Sequence record: OR670491.1
Length of the DNA: 64,000 bases
Strand: one strand, 5' to 3'
The translations under genes were made by a program, and so were the position numbers. Positions 55,080-64,000 of the stretch are shown in pieces. Each line of letters begins with the position of its first letter. The first letter of the stretch is position 1. Below the pieces are notes generated by a model. That model worked only from the letters and a program-made list of their open reading frames with translations, searched no databases and was not told the origin of the DNA.

Positions 55080-56192
55080 ATGAAAATGACAAGTGGTTTT
55101 GCAAACATTCTAAAAAATAGTACTGGCAGCGTTAAGAAAAATACTGGTGTTAGCGTAGGTTTTCATGATCCTGATACTTGGATTAGTACTGGTAACTTTG
55201 CTTTGAACTACCGTATTAGTGGTTACTTTGACCGTGGTATTCCACTTGGTAAAGTAACAATGTTTGCTGGTGAATCCGGTTCTGGTAAATCCTTTATCGT
55301 GTCTGGTAACATTGCACGTGAAGCACAACAGCAAGGAATCTTTGTTGTGATGATTGACTCCGAGAACGCATTGGATTCAGATTGGTTGCAAGCTCTAGGT
55401 GTGGATACATCTGAAGAGAAACTACTTAAAGTTAACATGGGTATGATTGGTGACGTAGCTAAATTTACTTATGAGTTCATCGAAGGTTATCGTAAAGAAT
55501 ACGAAAACACCCCGAAAGAAGAACGTCAGAAAGTACTATTCATCATCGACTCAATTGGTATGCTTAATACTGAAGTTGCTAATGACCAGATGAAAGCTGG
55601 TAACCTAAAAGGTGACATGGGTCATAAACCTAAGCAACTTAAAGCGTACATTACTAACTGTGTAAACTCCATTGGTTCTTTGAACATTGGTATGGTTTGT
55701 GTAAACCACAGTTATGAATCTCAAGACATGTTCAACCCTGATCCTAAAGTATCTGGTGGTAGCGGTCTGATTTATGCATCATCTATGGTGATTGCAATGG
55801 GTAAACTAAAACTTAAAGAAGATGAAGATGGTAATAAAACATCTGATGTAAGTGGTATCCGTTCAAAATGTAAAGTGATGAAAACTCGTTACAACAAACC
55901 ATTTGAAGATGTAGAGATTAAAATTCCTTGGGATAAAGGTATGGACCCACGCAGTGGCCTACTTGATATGTTCGAGAAATATGAACTAATCACCAAATCT
56001 GGTAACCGTCTAATGTATGTTGACATTGATACTGGTGAACAAATTCTGAAATATCGTAAAGAATGGATGCGTAATGAAGATTCTTGCTTAGACTTAGTAA
56101 TGAATCAATTCAAACGTCACCCAATGATTGAAGATGTTAAAGAAGAAGAGAAAGGTGATGAATCATTTGGTACTGACATTAGTGAGGAATAA
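55080..56192 (+). CDS. uvsX: RecA-like recombinase
   Basis: AGESGSGKS Walker A, IDSENALD, IIDSIG, VSGG.G..YASS. Confidence 0.93.
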   Translation: MKMTSGFANILKNSTGSVKKNTGVSVGFHDPDTWISTGNFALNYRISGYFDRGIPLGKVTMFAGESGSGKSFIVSGNIAREAQQQGIFVVMIDSENALDSDWLQALGVDTSEEKLLKVNMGMIGDVAKFTYEFIEGYRKEYENTPKEERQKVLFIIDSIGMLNTEVANDQMKAGNLKGDMGHKPKQLKAYITNCVNSIGSLNIGMVCVNHSYESQDMFNPDPKVSGGSGLIYASSMVIAMGKLKLKEDEDGNKTSDVSGIRSKCKVMKTRYNKPFEDVEIKIPWDKGMDPRSGLLDMFEKYELITKSGNRLMYVDIDTGEQILKYRKEWMRNEDSCLDLVMNQFKRHPMIEDVKEEEKGDESFGTDISEE

Positions 56193-56653
56193 TGAAACCT
56201 TGGCATTGGATTATCAAAGATGACAAATCTAAACTTCTTGAAATGATTGAATTTTTCGATAAAGAAATCGAAGAAGCACGTAAAGAAGTTAAAAAGATAG
56301 GTATCATTGAAAAGATTGCTCAAGAGATTCCAGGCTGGCATGAGACACGTCTTAGCCAGCTTCAAGAACTCGAAGCAGTACTTGAGATGTTAGAAATAGA
56401 AATGCGTCAGCTTCAAGGTGAGAAGTTCCAGTACTACCTAGAAGCGTACCGTCGTGCGTTATCATCGTCTGACTGTAAAAAGTATGTAGAAGGTGATAAA
56501 GAGGTATGTGAATTATATGAACTTATTAATGAAGTATCATATATTCGAAATACATTTACAAGCATTGTTAAATCCTTAGAGATGAAAGCTTTTCAGTTAA
56601 ACAATATTGTAAGACTACGTGCTGCTGGTATTGAAGATGCTCGTTTAGAATAA
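56192..56653 (+). CDS. uvsY: Recombination mediator UvsY-like
   Basis: Helical, LSSSDCKKYVEGD...LEMKAFQLNNIVRLRAAG; between uvsX and uvsW. Confidence 0.8.
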   Translation: MKPWHWIIKDDKSKLLEMIEFFDKEIEEARKEVKKIGIIEKIAQEIPGWHETRLSQLQELEAVLEMLEIEMRQLQGEKFQYYLEAYRRALSSSDCKKYVEGDKEVCELYELINEVSYIRNTFTSIVKSLEMKAFQLNNIVRLRAAGIEDARLE

Positions 56654-56662
56654 ACTAATAAT

Positions 56663-56687
56663 AAGGACGCACTTCGCGTCCTTTTTC
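56663..56687 (+). terminator. Intrinsic terminator
   Basis: AAGGACGC-ACTTC-GCGTCCTT followed by TTT. Confidence 0.65.
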
Positions 56688-56700
56688 TATGTAGGTACAT

Positions 56701-57519
56701 ATGTCAAATAAATTAGATTTCGTTAAAAAGATTTCAGTACTGGATACTGAAACCACTGGTGTTGAAAGTGATGATGATATTATTGAATTTAGTATTTCAT
56801 TTCCATGTAAAGTAACAGAAGATATTGATGGAATTGATAACTACACTTTACGTTACAAACCATTAAAAGATATTCCACCTGAAGCATCGGCAGTGCACTT
56901 TATCAGTACTGAAGATGTAGCAAACTGCCTGAACTACAGCGATGATTTGGAGAATATTGATGCTCTAATGGGTTGTCGTGATTATTTCGTTGGTCATAAT
57001 GTTCAGTTTGACCGTCGAATGATGGTAGATAACGAATATAAATATCGTAACTCTGTATCACAGTATCTATTGGATGAAGAACGTTGGATTTGTACTCTAC
57101 GTTTTGCCAAGAAGATGTTTGCAGAAGATGTTGAATTCAAGAACTTGACACTGAGTTATTTGTGGTATAAATTTGGATGTTACCGTGAAGTACATCGTCA
57201 TGTAAATGCTCACGCAGCAAAAGATGATGTATTCATGTGTTATCAAGTACTAATGAAGTTGATTGATATTGCCATTGAGCGTGGACACATTGACGAGTCC
57301 GGTGATATTGGAGCACAAATCGTAGACTTCTGTAACAAACCTATGCTTTATTCTTGTATGCCATTTGGTAAACACAAAGGTATGAAGATGAGTGAAGTAC
57401 CACTTAACTACATTGAGTGGATGATTACGAATAGTGATATTCTGGATACAAGTAATCCAAACTGTGATAAAGATTTAGTATATACATTCGAGTACGAGTA
57501 TAGTAGTCGTACTAACTAA
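56701..57519 (+). CDS. DEDDh 3'-5' exonuclease (DnaQ/ExoX-like)
   Basis: VLDTETTG, VGHNVQFD, HAAKDDV, C-terminal MPFGKHKG. Confidence 0.88.
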   Translation: MSNKLDFVKKISVLDTETTGVESDDDIIEFSISFPCKVTEDIDGIDNYTLRYKPLKDIPPEASAVHFISTEDVANCLNYSDDLENIDALMGCRDYFVGHNVQFDRRMMVDNEYKYRNSVSQYLLDEERWICTLRFAKKMFAEDVEFKNLTLSYLWYKFGCYREVHRHVNAHAAKDDVFMCYQVLMKLIDIAIERGHIDESGDIGAQIVDFCNKPMLYSCMPFGKHKGMKMSEVPLNYIEWMITNSDILDTSNPNCDKDLVYTFEYEYSSRTN

Positions 57520-57536
57520 GAAAAAGGCATTCATGG

Positions 57537-59021
57537 ATGAAAACTTGTAAACTAACCTTACTGGACGAGGTTAACTGTAAATTTGAGGGTCTTGAACCCT
57601 CTATTCGTCAAAAGATGATTCGTGCAACTGAATATGTTTTACCATATGCAAAGTTCACACCAGCAGGTCGTATTGGTCGTTGGGATGGTAAAGTTCAGTT
57701 CATGAATCTTGGTGGCTCAACTTATTATCATATGTTGGATAAGTTGCTTCCTATTCTTGATGAAGCGAAAATTGATATTGAATTAGAAGATCACCGAGTA
57801 AATTATGGTTTCGATTTCGAACCAATTGATGAGAATATCTTTGCTGATGTAGTCTTTGGTGCAGGACACCACATGGAAGGTAAATCAATTAAACTCCGTG
57901 AGCATCAGGTAGAAGCTGTAAACGCGTGTCTGGCTAATCAACATGGTTTACTATTGGCAGCAACAGGTGCAGGTAAAACACTCATCACAGCAGCATTATC
58001 CAAGAAGGTAGAGCAGTATGGTCGCTCTGTTATCATCGTTCCTAGTACTGATTTAGTACAACAAACGTATGATGACTATGTGATGTGTGGTTTAGACACT
58101 GGTATGTTCTATGGTGCACAGAAAGACTTTGGTCATCAGCATACAATCACCACATGGCAATCCTTCAATTCTTTGTGGAAGAAAACAAAGAAAGGTGAAA
58201 TTGAACTAACTGAACAAGACGTTCATGACTTTATTGACGGTGTTGTTTGTGTTATAGTTGATGAGTGTCAAGGTGCTGGTGGTGATGCACTTGTACAAGT
58301 ACTATCTAAAGTAATGAACAACGTCCCGCTTCGTTGGGGTTTGACTGGTACTATTCCTAAAGATAAAGTGGTAGCAGCAAAGATTCGTTGTAACATTGGC
58401 GATGTGATATTCAAAATCACTGCTAAAGAATTACAAGATAAACAAATTCTAAGTACATGTAACGTGAACTGTATTAAACTTAAAAGTAATATGAAATTTG
58501 CATCATATGCTGAAGAGTTGAAGTACTTAGTTACTGACCGTGACCGAATGGCTTACATTGCGTCATTGATTGGTGCGTTGTCTGAATCGGGAAATACATT
58601 AGTACTGGTGGACCGACTGGAGGCAGGAGAACTTCTATGTGAGTATCTCGGTATTCCTAAGTCCGAATTTGTTCGTGGTGAAACTAAGAAGAAAGACCGT
58701 GAATCATCTTATGGTGAGATCCGTTGGGCTGATAACAAAATCTTGATTGCAACCTACGGTGTTGCGAGTACTGGTATCAGTATTTCACGTTTATACAATG
58801 TTGTTCTTCTTGAGCCAGGCAAAAGCTTTGTGCGTACAATTCAGTCCATTGGTCGTGGATTGCGTCGTGCCGAAGACAAAGACCACGTTGAAATCTATGA
58901 TATCAGTGGTTCAAACAAATACAGTGCAAAACACTTACGCGAGCGTATTGCATTCTATAAAGAAGCACAGTATCCACACAGTATCATTGATGTAAAAGAT
59001 TGGGAAAACACAGCGGGATAA
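57537..59021 (+). CDS. uvsW: Superfamily 2 helicase UvsW
   Basis: LREHQ, ATGAGKT, VDECQ, GLTGT, STGISI, QSIGRGLR. Confidence 0.92.
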   Translation: MKTCKLTLLDEVNCKFEGLEPSIRQKMIRATEYVLPYAKFTPAGRIGRWDGKVQFMNLGGSTYYHMLDKLLPILDEAKIDIELEDHRVNYGFDFEPIDENIFADVVFGAGHHMEGKSIKLREHQVEAVNACLANQHGLLLAATGAGKTLITAALSKKVEQYGRSVIIVPSTDLVQQTYDDYVMCGLDTGMFYGAQKDFGHQHTITTWQSFNSLWKKTKKGEIELTEQDVHDFIDGVVCVIVDECQGAGGDALVQVLSKVMNNVPLRWGLTGTIPKDKVVAAKIRCNIGDVIFKITAKELQDKQILSTCNVNCIKLKSNMKFASYAEELKYLVTDRDRMAYIASLIGALSESGNTLVLVDRLEAGELLCEYLGIPKSEFVRGETKKKDRESSYGEIRWADNKILIATYGVASTGISISRLYNVVLLEPGKSFVRTIQSIGRGLRRAEDKDHVEIYDISGSNKYSAKHLRERIAFYKEAQYPHSIIDVKDWENTAG

Positions 59022-59093
59022 CCCCGCTGTTCGTGATATAATGGGTTGTATGTGAATACAACGACAAAAATAATACAAGGAAGTATAATAAAA

Positions 59094-59534
59094 ATGGAAC
59101 TAAGATCTAGTATTGCATTTATCTGTGACCAAGAAACATTGGATATTATTGATGTGTTTTTGAATGATGATGGTATTATGGATGACATGGTATCTTCACT
59201 TGATTACATTGCCGAATTAGAAACTGATGATACTAATGTATGGCGTTGTAATATTGATAGTGATTCATGGATTAATATCTATGAACTTCAAACACGCATT
59301 GATGATAAGAAAATAGATAAAAAACTAACATATGATATTATCTATGCAAGTACTGATTCTAAAACATTCATTGATGTGGTTAGTCTAAGTGGTAATTTTG
59401 ATTCATATCTAGACACTGACGTTGATAAGATTCAAGAACTATGTGAAACCTACGGTCTTGAGTTCTATGGAACTAATGATGAAGATGATGATATTGATGA
59501 TGAAGATTACAACAACGAAGAATCATATTACTAA
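59094..59534 (+). CDS. Hypothetical acidic protein
   Basis: ORF downstream of TGATATAAT at 59034-59042; Asp-rich C-terminus. Confidence 0.65.
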   Translation: MELRSSIAFICDQETLDIIDVFLNDDGIMDDMVSSLDYIAELETDDTNVWRCNIDSDSWINIYELQTRIDDKKIDKKLTYDIIYASTDSKTFIDVVSLSGNFDSYLDTDVDKIQELCETYGLEFYGTNDEDDDIDDEDYNNEESYY

Positions 59535-59546
59535 AGGTGAAAAACA

Positions 59547-60044
59547 ATGAATGTATTAACCCCTGAAAACATCACATTTGACATGGACTTAGTTACTGAA
59601 CACATCCCTGAAGAGATGTATTGTGTTCTAGACTTAAGCCCAACTGGTGAATCCGATTTCTACTTCAGACATATTCTAAACACTGTATCCTTTAACAGTA
59701 TTAGTGCTGACCTTCAAATCGGTGAAAAGATCATTCAAGTCCCACTTGGATGGCAAATTATGCTTGGTGATGAAGAGACTGGTATGGTTGAGATGTGCAC
59801 TATCGAAAACATCTTGAATATGAAAGAACCAAAAGCTTTTGTTTACAATCCAATCCGTTCAATGTATCCTAAGTTTGAACCAGTAAAAGTACTGCGAGTA
59901 TTCGCATTAACTACTAAGTGGCAAATCCCAATGCTACCGAAGAAAAACTTATTGTGTGTTCCATTGGCAAATGGTGACAATCCACCATGTGTGTACTTTG
60001 CCGATGAGAATGAGAAAATCCAAGATCTGTACTTAGGAGTATAA
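59547..60044 (+). CDS. Conserved hypothetical protein
   Basis: 165-aa ORF with AAGGTG RBS and phage-typical codons. Confidence 0.7.
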   Translation: MNVLTPENITFDMDLVTEHIPEEMYCVLDLSPTGESDFYFRHILNTVSFNSISADLQIGEKIIQVPLGWQIMLGDEETGMVEMCTIENILNMKEPKAFVYNPIRSMYPKFEPVKVLRVFALTTKWQIPMLPKKNLLCVPLANGDNPPCVYFADENEKIQDLYLGV

Positions 60045-60046
60045 TA

Positions 60047-60892
60047 GTGTTTGATTTCAGTAATGTTAAAAATAAATCAGTTGAAGACGAAAGTAAACCA
60101 ACACAACATTCTTTTGGTATTACTGATATTCTTCAACAGATTGACCGAGCCAACTACAACTATTACAATGAAATGACTGAGAAAGAGCGTAAAGACTTTA
60201 CGCCTTATACTGTTCTACGCTGGGTAAGTTCCTTAGATGATTCTCTACAGGTAACTTATCCAAGTTCTAAAGTGGAAAGTGTATTTGGTAAATGGAAAAA
60301 TGGTGGCAAAGAAGCACTATCTGAACTCGTTGAAGAGATGAAGAAATCTGGTATCAATGTATCATCAGTTACAAAGTACTGTCATGGTGATTACGATTGG
60401 CGTATCAAATTCGCAGTTCAAGGTCAAGGTGATGCTGCAACTCTAATCAGCAACATGACTGAATTTAACATTACTGGATCACAAATCATTTCCTTAGTGG
60501 ACAGTGATGTGGTAAAATACCAACTAATCATGCTGAATGATATGGTGAACGATGGGTTTTGGGATATGAAAGACCACCCTGAGCTTGTATACCAATTGAT
60601 GTGTTCAGTGCATGATATGCTTGGTGGTAAAGAACTACAAAGAAACTGGTTGAACTTCTCTAAAAGTTTCAAACATTCTAATAACGAATTGTTTGCTTTA
60701 CTAAAGAGTACTCAACCAGATAGCATTTCAGCACAAATGAATGAAGACGAATACAAGATTGTTCTCATGCAGTATGATAAGAAATCTTTTGAGGTATTAC
60801 TAAACAGTATGGGATACCAAGACAAAGATGCTAAATCCATGATGAAACTATTCAAAGAAGAATGTAAAAAATATGGCAAAGAAATCAAGTAG
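60047..60892 (+). CDS. Hypothetical protein, weakly resembling clamp-loader small subunit gp62
   Basis: GTG start with AGGAG RBS; KDFTPYTVLRWVSS and MLNDMVN...HPELVYQL loosely recall gp62; low certainty. Confidence 0.4.
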   Translation: MFDFSNVKNKSVEDESKPTQHSFGITDILQQIDRANYNYYNEMTEKERKDFTPYTVLRWVSSLDDSLQVTYPSSKVESVFGKWKNGGKEALSELVEEMKKSGINVSSVTKYCHGDYDWRIKFAVQGQGDAATLISNMTEFNITGSQIISLVDSDVVKYQLIMLNDMVNDGFWDMKDHPELVYQLMCSVHDMLGGKELQRNWLNFSKSFKHSNNELFALLKSTQPDSISAQMNEDEYKIVLMQYDKKSFEVLLNSMGYQDKDAKSMMKLFKEECKKYGKEIK

Positions 60893-61583
60893 TCCAGTTT
60901 TTCAATGCAAATTTTGTGATCGTGAATTCAAACGTGAAGATACCGTAAACACTCATAAATGTGTTAAGCGTGATCGTTACGACGACAGAGAGAGCCGCCC
61001 GATGAGGGAGGCTTTTCGTCTTTATATGCAATTCATGGAAATCAATAAGTTTCCTTTCAAGAAAGGAGTGGAACCTTTCATTGGTTTCATTAAGTCAAAG
61101 TACTTTAATGATTTCTATGACTTCGCAACATACTATTTAAATAATCGTGATATTTTACGTATTGATGAATTCACAGAACATTTAATGCGTACTGGTACTC
61201 CAATTACAATGTGGAGTACATACAAAGAGAAAGACAGTTGGGTACTGAGTTGTATCCGTTCAGAACTGCCAAGAGATGGTGTAGTTCGAAGCATCAACGC
61301 ATTAGTTGAGTGGGGAGAAACCGTACACAAAGAATGGAATACTTTCTTCCAGAACGTGAGTTCAGCCCGTGCAATCTCGTGGATTGAGAGTGGTAAGATC
61401 TCACCTTGGATTCTATGGTTATCTCCAAGAGAAAGTGTTAACAATTTCATGTCAAACTTCTCACATTCAGAATTAGAATATATACTTAAATACATTGACT
61501 ATAGTTACTTTGAGATTAAAACAATCAAGTACCGTAGTGATTGTGATAATATACGAGCTATGCTCAAGGAAGCAGGATTATGA
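60873..61583 (+). CDS. Hypothetical protein with N-terminal zinc finger
   Basis: FQCKFCDREFKREDTVNTHKC (C2HC-type); overlaps neighbours. Confidence 0.7.
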   Translation: MAKKSSSPVFQCKFCDREFKREDTVNTHKCVKRDRYDDRESRPMREAFRLYMQFMEINKFPFKKGVEPFIGFIKSKYFNDFYDFATYYLNNRDILRIDEFTEHLMRTGTPITMWSTYKEKDSWVLSCIRSELPRDGVVRSINALVEWGETVHKEWNTFFQNVSSARAISWIESGKISPWILWLSPRESVNNFMSNFSHSELEYILKYIDYSYFEIKTIKYRSDCDNIRAMLKEAGL

Positions 61584-61909
61584 ATAATAAAAGTATATAC
61601 AATAAAATACCTGAAGGGTATGTGCCAACCCCAAAGGTTGACAAGAGTAGAGAGATTAGTTTATTAAGGCAGGGTTCTATTACTGAGATTACACTTGATG
61701 GGTCAACCTTTCAAGTATCTGATCCAGTACGAATTGAAAAGATAATTAAACTTGTTGAAAGACACGATGAACGATTGTATAATATGAATCAGGAATTATT
61801 ACAATACAAGCGTGCTTGTGCACAGTTGGAACAGAAAGTCAACAAACTTTCCATAACTGTGAATAAATTACAGGAGCAGATTAAGAATGCAGGACTCGAC
61901 AGGTTCTAA
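61580..61909 (+). CDS. Small coiled-coil protein
   Basis: Heptad pattern in the C-terminal half; ATGA coupling. Confidence 0.65.
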   Translation: MNNKSIYNKIPEGYVPTPKVDKSREISLLRQGSITEITLDGSTFQVSDPVRIEKIIKLVERHDERLYNMNQELLQYKRACAQLEQKVNKLSITVNKLQEQIKNAGLDRF

Positions 61910-62525
61910 TCATTACAGAAAAGCAAGGACTGATATTGACATTGACTTCAAAGATAGTAAGTCAGTGATTGCAATGTTACCTTGCATTAGAAGTACTGAA
62001 AAAATTACCGAAGATGGATTGATTGCACACAATAGTGGTGTTCATTTTGATAACATCCCAGTTGACCCAATCTCCGGTCTAGCAAGCATTCAATACAAAG
62101 AAGCCGAAAGATTGGGATACCAAAAGGTTGATATCCTGTCACAATCGGCTTATATGTACGTGCGTGACAGAAAACATCTAAAGGAACTTATGAATCGTGA
62201 ACCAGATTGGAGTCACTTATTAGTACCGGAAATTGTTGACAATCTATCACAAATTAAAAAACACATAACGTTACTTAACGTTTGGAAACCGCAAACTATC
62301 GACCAACTAGCTATGTTTATCGCTATGATTCGACCGGGTAAACGCGAATGCCAAAGTATGAACACATGGTCTGAAGTTGAGGCTGTTATTTGGGATTACA
62401 GCACTATCGGTACAGATCAGAGTGGGAACAAGCTACGTTACTTCAAAAAGCCACATGCTTATGCATATAGCTTAATGATTGTCGTGCAACTTAATGCACT
62501 GGTTGAACATCTTACTTCTTCTTAA
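61887..62525 (+). CDS. Miniature DNA polymerase III alpha (DnaE)-like protein
   Basis: Ordered C-family motifs TDIDIDF, HNSGVHF, GYQKVDILS, AMIRPG, FKKPHAYAY in only 212 aa. Confidence 0.75.
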   Translation: MQDSTGSNHYRKARTDIDIDFKDSKSVIAMLPCIRSTEKITEDGLIAHNSGVHFDNIPVDPISGLASIQYKEAERLGYQKVDILSQSAYMYVRDRKHLKELMNREPDWSHLLVPEIVDNLSQIKKHITLLNVWKPQTIDQLAMFIAMIRPGKRECQSMNTWSEVEAVIWDYSTIGTDQSGNKLRYFKKPHAYAYSLMIVVQLNALVEHLTSS

Positions 62526-62865
62526 GTGCCACGTTGCGACGTTTAATACGCTTCTGTGGCAAATCACTTAAAGACACAGTTGGGCCACATACGAAATTCA
62601 CCGCTGGGGTATCGAATCTCTGTGTGTAAGGCTCAAATTTTTCCATTTCTTCTTGAAAAAATAAACATACTGGGATGTTTCTGTTGCTTTGCCACCACCA
62701 GTCATGTGCTATGCTAAGTAATTCGTCTTGCATTGGCTCATTCATATCATCAAAGGAGTAAAGAGTAGTGTACTGTTTACTTTTGATTTTGATAATACCA
62801 ATGTAAGTTTTGCCATCACACTGCACAACAGTAATGAATGGTGGAATAGTATTATATTGATTCAT
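62512..62865 (-). CDS. Conserved hypothetical protein
   Basis: Probable start MNQYNT; WWWQSNRNIPVCLF motif. Confidence 0.65.
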   Translation of the reverse strand: MNQYNTIPPFITVVQCDGKTYIGIIKIKSKQYTTLYSFDDMNEPMQDELLSIAHDWWWQSNRNIPVCLFFQEEMEKFEPYTQRFDTPAVNFVCGPTVSLSDLPQKRIKRRNVALKKK

Positions 62866-62923
62866 ATGAGTTCCATAAATATTAGTATAAATGTTATACC
62901 TATTATTTATGGAAGGAAAAATC

Positions 62924-63901
62924 ATGGCTCATCACGGTGTCTTTATGTACCCTTATAATCAGGAAGTCTCGTTGGGCAATTTTAATATGCCATATAGCAA
63001 CGAGAAGCTTACTATATATCGAGGTGCAAATAATACTTTATCTTTTACAGTACATAATGCTGATGGAAAATATACTCTTTTAAAAGATAATGAATATCTT
63101 ACTTTTATGATATTCGATGCACGTAATAATACTAAACTAATTGATATAGTACTTGAAAAAGTTAAACCAAGTTGGCTATCAGAAAGTGGTCAAGCACGTC
63201 AAACACTTGGTAATAGTAAGAAAGTTTACTATGGATGTATAGTTCCAGCAGGTGTTATCCAAGATACAAGTCCTGGTTCTAAGTATCGCTGGAGTATTAC
63301 AAAAGTTACAATGGACGGTTCTCTAATTGAACCTACGCAGTACTTGTATACGGGTCATGACTATGAAGCATGTGGTGATTTGATTATATCTGATCAAGCT
63401 GCTCCTGTATTTGTACCAAGTGTTGAAGTGTCAAGAAATAAGAATCCAGCATGGACTTCTATTATGCGTTTGTATCATGAACCGATTGCAATGGGAATGA
63501 CTGGTGAATTTGATATTCTTGCTTCTTCCCCTCTACCTGCACAGATGCAGTACGGATTGGTAGATGGTTTGAGTACTCTCGCTATGTATTTTGATAACTT
63601 CATTGGACGTATCCAATTACAAGGGTGTTTATGTAACAACGTACCTACAGATAATGAAAACTATAAATGGTTTATCATTAAATTGGATGGTAAAGATTAT
63701 ATAGAAAATGGTATTGATGCTAATGGTTTTGCTAAACCACTAGACGACATACAAGCTTTTAACTTTAAAGGTAACTATATGTGGTTGCGTTTGGTTGTAT
63801 GTATACATCCAAAGGTTGAACCTGTCCCTTATGACTATGCAGCAGTTAGAAAGATCTACGATCCTCTATTAACTGTTCCAAAAATTTTGATTCGCAGATG
63901 A
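62924..63901 (+). CDS. Probable virion structural protein
   Basis: GGAAGG RBS, ATAAATA at 62875-62881, beta-rich composition. Confidence 0.6.
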   Translation: MAHHGVFMYPYNQEVSLGNFNMPYSNEKLTIYRGANNTLSFTVHNADGKYTLLKDNEYLTFMIFDARNNTKLIDIVLEKVKPSWLSESGQARQTLGNSKKVYYGCIVPAGVIQDTSPGSKYRWSITKVTMDGSLIEPTQYLYTGHDYEACGDLIISDQAAPVFVPSVEVSRNKNPAWTSIMRLYHEPIAMGMTGEFDILASSPLPAQMQYGLVDGLSTLAMYFDNFIGRIQLQGCLCNNVPTDNENYKWFIIKLDGKDYIENGIDANGFAKPLDDIQAFNFKGNYMWLRLVVCIHPKVEPVPYDYAAVRKIYDPLLTVPKILIRR

Positions 63902-63927
63902 GACAACACTGATGTTCGTGATATAAT
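63899..63927 (+). promoter_or_regulatory. Early/middle-type promoter TGAGAC-N14-TGATATAAT
   Basis: Recurrent geometry; upstream of the partial ORF at 63957. Confidence 0.7.
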
Positions 63928-63956
63928 CGTTTGTGAATAAGAATGAGGAATATATC

Positions 63957-64000
63957 ATGAACGCAGTACAAAACATAATGGCACAAATCATGAATGACCC
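63957..64000 (+). CDS. 5' end of a gene truncated by the window edge
   Basis: GAGG RBS then MNAVQNIMAQIMND. Confidence 0.55.
   Translation, partial: MNAVQNIMAQIMND

Noticed and set aside
61887-62525. Mini-DnaE as a frameshifted pseudogene
   Set aside because: Motifs from distant parts of DnaE are compressed within one open frame and flanking ORFs show no DnaE motifs, which fits internal deletion better than breakage.

Overview
An AT-rich (roughly one-third GC by eye) segment of a large T4-distant contractile-tailed phage. Gene content and order suggest, by inference, a jumbo myophage of the RaK2/GAP32-like enterobacterial group. 1-20186 (minus strand) is a baseplate module: a >2999-aa virion protein running off the left edge, gp6- and gp25-like wedge proteins, a free lysozyme, a gp5-like hub/lysozyme, hub/LysM/tube-initiator proteins and an inserted homing endonuclease. 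20313-24836 encodes a gp55-like late sigma factor, gp47/gp46 and endonuclease VII. 24840-25650 is an ~800-bp non-coding island with its own promoter, a richly structured ~450-nt putative RNA and a terminator. 25651-35745 holds baseplate hub, tape-measure-like, portal, core, protease, scaffold and major capsid genes. 35890-39839 holds a second homing endonuclease, small genes and a tail fibre plus chaperone. 39938-63901 is the replication/recombination/packaging module: DsbA-like protein, PolB, clamp, GroES, RNase H, intein-containing TerL, gp32, UvsX, UvsY, DEDDh exonuclease, UvsW and a miniature DnaE. Most notable: the candidate ncRNA/origin island, an approximately five-fold excess of the palindrome AGTACT, a 212-aa stripped-down C-family polymerase, a degenerate TerL-ATPase paralogue directly upstream of TerL, and a non-canonical promoter class. 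No tRNA, rRNA or CRISPR array was seen. All annotations come from motif reading without database searches.
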